A stretch of DNA of 64,000 nt from Mantamonas sphyraenae STR306. Taxonomy: Eukaryota > Protista > CRuMs. Both the position numbers and the translations under genes were made by a program. Position 1 is the stretch's first letter; each line of letters opens with the position of its first letter. Below are positions 59,106 through 64,000 of the stretch, in pieces. The notes beneath the pieces are model-generated. The model made no database searches and was not told where the DNA came from. It worked only from the letters and a program-made list of their open reading frames with translations. The stretch spans positions 62,001 to 126,000 of the forward strand of contig JAPMXV010000010.1 of NCBI GenBank assembly GCA_026936335.1, written 5' to 3'.

Positions 59106-60647
59106 TCACATGTCACACTCCACACCCTGCAGCAGGTGATTGAGTGCGTCGTCGATGCCCGGGTACCGAAACTTGAAACCTGCCTCTGCAAGCTTGCCTG
59201 GCTTCACGTTCTGATCCATGAGCAGGAGCTCCTTGGTGAATTGGCCACCGTACTCCAGTACCTTGGTGGGCAGCGGGATGATGTGTGGCCTGTGCAGGGT
59301 GCGTGCCAGGGCGCTTGTAAACTTGCCACTCATCACAGGCTGGGGCGAGGTGACGTTGACGGCGCCCTCCAGGGTGTCGTTGTCCATCAGAAAGTCGATT
59401 GCGCGCATGGCATCGTCGATGGCCACCCAACTCATTCGCTGGGTGCCCGGTCCGATGGTGCCGCCGAAACCCAGCCCAAAGGGCAGTTTCAGTTGACCCA
59501 GCACGCCTCCCGAGGGTGTCATGACGGGTGACAGACGCATGACGACGCGACGCACGTCGTCACGCAGCTCCAGGCTGGCCTTTTCCCAGGCCAGGGCAAG
59601 CGATTGCATAAACAGCGACGGATCGTTCTCCGTGTCGCGAGTGACCTCCAGGCGCTGTTCCACAAAGGGTGACTTGCGATCCAGGGCATCGTAGACACTG
59701 ATGCCCGAGGCGGTGAGAAAGAGCTTGGGGGGCGATTCGCAGCGGTTGACGGCAGCCACCAGGTTGCGTGTGGTGTCCACACGCGAACGCAGACAGGCCT
59801 TTTTGAAGGCATCGGTCCACAGGCCATTCACATTCTTGCCATTGAGGTTGATCAGCACGTCCTGCTCCTCCAGGGCATCGCTGGAGGCCTCGGGATCGTA
59901 GGGGTTGAAGCCCACCACGCGCACATCGTCCATGTAGTCAAAGGGTGAGGCACGGCGGTTGCTGTGGCGGTTGAGAATGGTCACTTCATGGCCACGCAGG
60001 AGCAGAAAGGGCACCAAAGCCTGGCCGATGAGGCCCGAGGCGCCACTGATGGCCACGCGTTTGCCCTTTCCTGTGTTTTTCTTGGCTGCCATGTCCTCCA
60101 GATCCGTGGCCATGACTGCGTGCATGTACGCCTGGCTGCGTTGTAGCTTGCGTTGCAGGTACATGTCTTCCCCGACGGTGGAGATGATGGTGCCGTACTT
60201 GAGCAGTGCCTGTTGGGTGTCGTGCAGCTGCACTGCACCCTCGCTGTTCTGACTCACCGTCAGCGTGCGATCCAGGTCTGCAAACATGCCTCGCTTCAAC
60301 GTCTGCGTGTACTCGTGTTGCGTGCCATCTGCGTTGGCGCTGTGGCGCGTGTCGAAAATCGTGGACGACGATTCCGGCAGGAAGGGCGGGTACCACACCT
60401 GCTTGACCACACTCTCGCCATTGGTGAAGCCTCCGTTGCCACTGAGCACCTGCGTTTTCAGAAGAGGCGCTCCCGTGCGCTGCAGGCATCCGTCGCTTTC
60501 CAAATAGCGGCGTACGGCGTCCTGCGTGACGCCGGGTGCAAACACCGTTGTGCGCTCGGCGCCAATCCGCGCCGTCGGCGTCACAAAGGTCTTGCGCAGC
60601 GTCTTTACTGCCGGCGAGTTCTTAACCTGTTCCAACACCTTGGACAT
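59106..60647 (-). CDS. TIGR01777/SDR39U1-family NAD-dependent epimerase with N-terminal SRPBCC-like extension
   Basis: VAISGASGLIG, INLNG, SRVDTT, PFGLGFGGTIGPGTQRMSWVAIDD, GAVNVTSP, and P.KL...GFKFRYP. Confidence 0.88.
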   Translation of the reverse strand: MSKVLEQVKNSPAVKTLRKTFVTPTARIGAERTTVFAPGVTQDAVRRYLESDGCLQRTGAPLLKTQVLSGNGGFTNGESVVKQVWYPPFLPESSSTIFDTRHSANADGTQHEYTQTLKRGMFADLDRTLTVSQNSEGAVQLHDTQQALLKYGTIISTVGEDMYLQRKLQRSQAYMHAVMATDLEDMAAKKNTGKGKRVAISGASGLIGQALVPFLLLRGHEVTILNRHSNRRASPFDYMDDVRVVGFNPYDPEASSDALEEQDVLINLNGKNVNGLWTDAFKKACLRSRVDTTRNLVAAVNRCESPPKLFLTASGISVYDALDRKSPFVEQRLEVTRDTENDPSLFMQSLALAWEKASLELRDDVRRVVMRLSPVMTPSGGVLGQLKLPFGLGFGGTIGPGTQRMSWVAIDDAMRAIDFLMDNDTLEGAVNVTSPQPVMSGKFTSALARTLHRPHIIPLPTKVLEYGGQFTKELLLMDQNVKPGKLAEAGFKFRYPGIDDALNHLLQGVECDM

Positions 60648-60878
60648 TGTTGTTTGCGTGTGGATGCTGTGTGTACGTGTGTCTATATGTGTGTGTATGT
60701 GTGTGTGTGCGCGGGCGCAAGCAGCAAATTGCAACGCAGCTGAAGACCACACTCTCTTCTGCCACGCAACCACACACATTCACACACACATACACACACA
60801 CGCACACACACACACGCTCGCAACGTCTGTGTGACCCATTTAAACGTTAAAAAAACCACCAAGGAGTACCACGAGAAC

Positions 60879-63118
60879 ATGCCTGGAAAGCGCAGGAAGG
60901 GACGTCGGGGCGGCGGCCGCGGAAAGGAGAGCGAGGGATCAGGAGCCTCGTCCTCTGCAGACCTCTCCGGATACACCGAAAACCCACGCACATGCACAGC
61001 CATCCTTACCTCGGAGCGAGCCTCTATGGATTTGCACTGGGACTCTGTCACGCTGTCGCTGCACGGGCGCGAGCTGATCACGGACTGTTCGTTGGAGTTG
61101 AACTACGGCAACAGGTGAGTGGCACTCGAGCATGGGGCCATGTGCAGACACACCGTTGGGCAAACAGGCACCACGGCAGGCAGGGCAGGGCCGTGGACAC
61201 AAGCAAGGAGGGAGGGCATTCACATTCCGGTCGCCATGGGTCACTGACACACACACACATTCCTCCACGCCACCCATTTCCGGCTGTGTGACACACCAGG
61301 TACGGTCTGATTGGCGTGAACGGATCGGGCAAGGCGTCGTTGCTGCGGGCCATTGGCAACCGAGAGTTTGAGGTGCCGGACCACATCTCCATTGGCCTGC
61401 TGGACAGCGAAGCCGAGCCGTCGGATCTGACGCCGATGGAGTACGTGCTGGCCGACGTGGAGAAGGAGACCAAGAAGATCGACGAAGAGATCAACCGCAT
61501 CATGGAGGAGGAAGGACCCGAGTCCGAGACGCTTCTGGTGCTGTACGACCGTCTGGAGGAGCTGGATATGAGCGTGTGCGAGGCTCGGTAGGTTGTGTGG
61601 GATCGGCAGGGAATATTGGGGCCACACATGCAGGTGTGCGGCGGACCACCGCACACGTGCAGGAGACGGCCCCACGCACGCAAAGACTGTGCATGCGCTG
61701 GGCGAGACGGCCCAAGATGCAGGGGACATGTGCACATGGGTGCAGGAGGGCGCTGTGGCAGTGTGGCGAGCAAAAGGAGGGCGGACCGTGAGCGTTGGGG
61801 CAAGGAGGAGGGCACACAGGCTGACACATGCGTCGGGGCGGACACACACACTGGCACAACGGATGGCACACATTGCAGAGCGGGCACCATTCTGTTCGGT
61901 TTGGGCTTTGACAAGTTCATGCAGCAGGAGAAGCCGCTGAAGGACTATTCGGGAGGTTGGCGTATGCGCATTGCACTTGCCAAGAACCTGTTTACGGCGC
62001 CGATCCTGAACATTCTGATCCAGCCGTCGAACCATTTGGACCAGGAGGCTGTGGTGTGGCTGGAGGAGTACCTGAGCAAGTACAAGCACATCCTGGTGAT
62101 TGTGTCGCACTCGCAGGATTTCCTGGACGGAGTGTGCACAAACATCATCCACCTGCACAACAAGAAGCTGATCCCGTACGGTGGCAACTATTCGTCGTTT
62201 GTGCGCACGCGTTCGGAGCAGGAGGAGAACCAGATGAAGCGGTACGAGAAGGAGCAGGCGGACATCCAGGACATGAAGGACTATGTGGCACGATTCGGTC
62301 ACGGAACGGCCAAGCTGGCCAAGCAGGGCAAGTCCAAGGAGAAGCTGCTGAACAAGATGCTGGAGGCGGGTCTGACGGAAAAGGTGGTGCGTGACAAGGC
62401 GATCAACGTCAAGTTCCCTGATCCGGGCACGTTGAACGGCCCCATTGTGCAGGTGCACGACCTTGCGTTTGGCTACCCGAACGCAGACTTGCTCTACGCC
62501 AACGTGAACCTGAGTGTGGATCTCAACTCGCGCGTGTGCATTGTGGGCAACAACGGCACGGGCAAGAGTACGTTGCTGAAGCTGATTGTGGGCGATCTGG
62601 AGCCCACGGATGGCATGATCAAACTGCACAGCCATCTGCGCTTCGGTCGCTTCCACCAGCATCTGACGGAACAGCTGGACCCGGAGATGAATGCGCTGGA
62701 TCACATGCTGCAGAAGTTTCCCAACGAGTTGAACAAGACCAACGTGCGTTCGGCGGTGGGTCGCTATGGCCTCAGCGGCGACCATCAGCTGATGCCCATC
62801 AAGCAGCTGAGCGACGGTCTCAAGTCGCGTCTGGTGTTTGCGGAACTGGCCATGACGGCGCCGCACATTCTGGTGTTGGACGAACCCACCAACTTCTTGG
62901 ACATGGAAACCATCGACGCCCTGGCCGATGGCATCAACGAGTTCAAGGGCGGCCTGCTGATGGTTAGCCACGACTTCCGCCTCATCTCCCAGGTGGCCGA
63001 TACCCTGTGGGTCACTGCAGACAACAAGGTCACCATCTACGACGGCGACATTGGCGAGTACAAGGAGACTCTGCGCCAGGCCATCCTGGCAGACGAGAAC
63101 AAGTGGTCGAACGAGTGA
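60879..63118 (+). CDS. ABCF2: ABCF2-like translation-associated ABC-F ATPase, three exons
   Basis: LELNYGNRYGLIGVNGSGK, SGGWRMRIALA, VSHSQDFL, GNNGTGKST, LSDGLKSR and LDEPTNFLDMETIDALA. Confidence 0.9.
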
Positions 63119-63205
63119 GCACTTTGGCCAACCAACAAAGAAAGCATCCAGAAACACCAGTCTCCAGTCTGTTGTATTTCGTGGTTGGTCGGTTCCCGGT
63201 TCCGA

Positions 63206-64000
63206 TCAACGCCGCCTGCGGTTGCCTCCATTGCCTCCTCCGTTGCCACCGCCATTGTTGTTTTTGCTGACGCTGTTCCGTCTGCCGTTGCTGTTGCTGC
63301 TGCGTCCAGCGCCGCCGCTGCCTGCGGCGGGCTTCTTGTTGACGACGGTGCGGCCGGCGCGTTGTTCCTGCTGGGCTTGCTTGCGGTTGGTTTTGGTGCG
63401 TTTGATGGCTTTGGAGACGACGACAGTGCCACCCGAGGCCTTTGCGTTGACAATGGTCACTGTGAGCGCCTTCTTCTTGGGGCCACCTGCAGATGCCGTC
63501 TGCTGCGACTGCTTGCGAGCGCCGCCCGTTTTGCCTTTGGGCGCCGGCGACGTGCTCGCGCTCTTCTTTCCACCCTTGGGACTGTGGGTGGGTGTGGTGG
63601 ATGTGGGCATGGGAGGGAGGGGTACGAGGAGAGTGCAATGTACGACCAACGTGGGATGCATCACCGTGTGTGAGTGAGAGTGTGTAGAGGCACAGAGAGA
63701 GAGAGAGAGCGCGCTTTCTCGCGTCCCTCTTTTCTGCGGGGGCAAGACGGGAAAAACGCTCGCTCTCTGTGGCTCCGACCACCCAACTGACCCTGTGGGC
63801 ACAGCCTTGGCCTTGCCGGCGCGGCTGAGGGGCCTGGTGGCACTCTTGGCCACATTGCTGTTTGCCAGTGTGCTCTTCTTGTTGCTCTTGACAACCTTGG
63901 AGGCTGCGCGCGACTTGCCCGTGCTTCCCGCGCCCGGTTTGACGACACCCACGCTGGGCTTGTTCTTCTTGCCCGCGCCTGCATTGCCGCCACTCGCCAG
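63206..64000 (-). CDS. 3' part of a basic Lys/Ala/Gly-rich low-complexity protein (starts beyond the window; probable intron ~63787-63580)
   Basis: Open frame with host-like codons; no diagnostic domain visible. Confidence 0.5.
   Translation of the reverse strand: MASGGNAGAGKKNKPSVGVVKPGAGSTGKSRAASKVVKSNKKSTLANSNVAKSATRPLSRAGKAKAVPTGSVGWSEPQRASVFPVLPPQKRGTRESALSLSLCASTHSHSHTVMHPTLVVHCTLLVPLPPMPTSTTPTHSPKGGKKSASTSPAPKGKTGGARKQSQQTASAGGPKKKALTVTIVNAKASGGTVVVSKAIKRTKTNRKQAQQEQRAGRTVVNKKPAAGSGGAGRSSNSNGRRNSVSKNNNGGGNGGGNGGNRRRR

Larger units (their letters stand above)
52735..59129 (-). mobile_element. Putative non-autonomous Fanzor element 2 (no transposase seen); boundaries tentative
   Basis: Right end CCTG|TA as in element 1. 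A weak left-end candidate CAGGGTGTGGAGTGTG matches CAGGGTTTTGCGATTG at 11/16 but is flanked by TG, not TA. Shares a 21-nt motif with element 1. Confidence 0.45.

Overview
Compact, GC-rich eukaryotic DNA with short GT-AG introns and head-to-head gene pairs, probably from a flagellated protist (inferred from DNAAF2, tepsin, CCDC93 and a RhoGEF). The main finding is two divergent giant Fanzor/TnpB-like RNA-guided nuclease genes of about 1,841 aa (26691-32216, +) and about 1,829 aa (58390-52838, -, one intron). Both keep a complete RuvC D-E-D triad and a cysteine zinc-ribbon region (fully canonical in the first) behind roughly 1,500 aa of N-terminal sequence I cannot assign. The first lies in a 7.1-kb TA-flanked IS630/Tc1-mariner-type element (25235-32373) with imperfect TIRs, an intron-containing degenerate transposase and a structured 3' omegaRNA candidate. 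This element appears to have inserted into exon 1 of a host gene. The second has no transposase, but its 3' region ends in a similar hairpin plus CCTG|TA and lies next to a 4.5-kb segmental duplication (PP2A-C, RPL7A and a CCDC93 3' fragment). Also present are a convergent pair of secreted hyper-cationic repeat proteins (one with a bacterial-type M15 peptidase domain), an ABCF with a degenerate first ATPase site, UTP20, an ABCG transporter and other housekeeping genes. Several single-base indels in short homopolymers within host genes suggest uncorrected assembly errors, so frameshift-based calls need caution.
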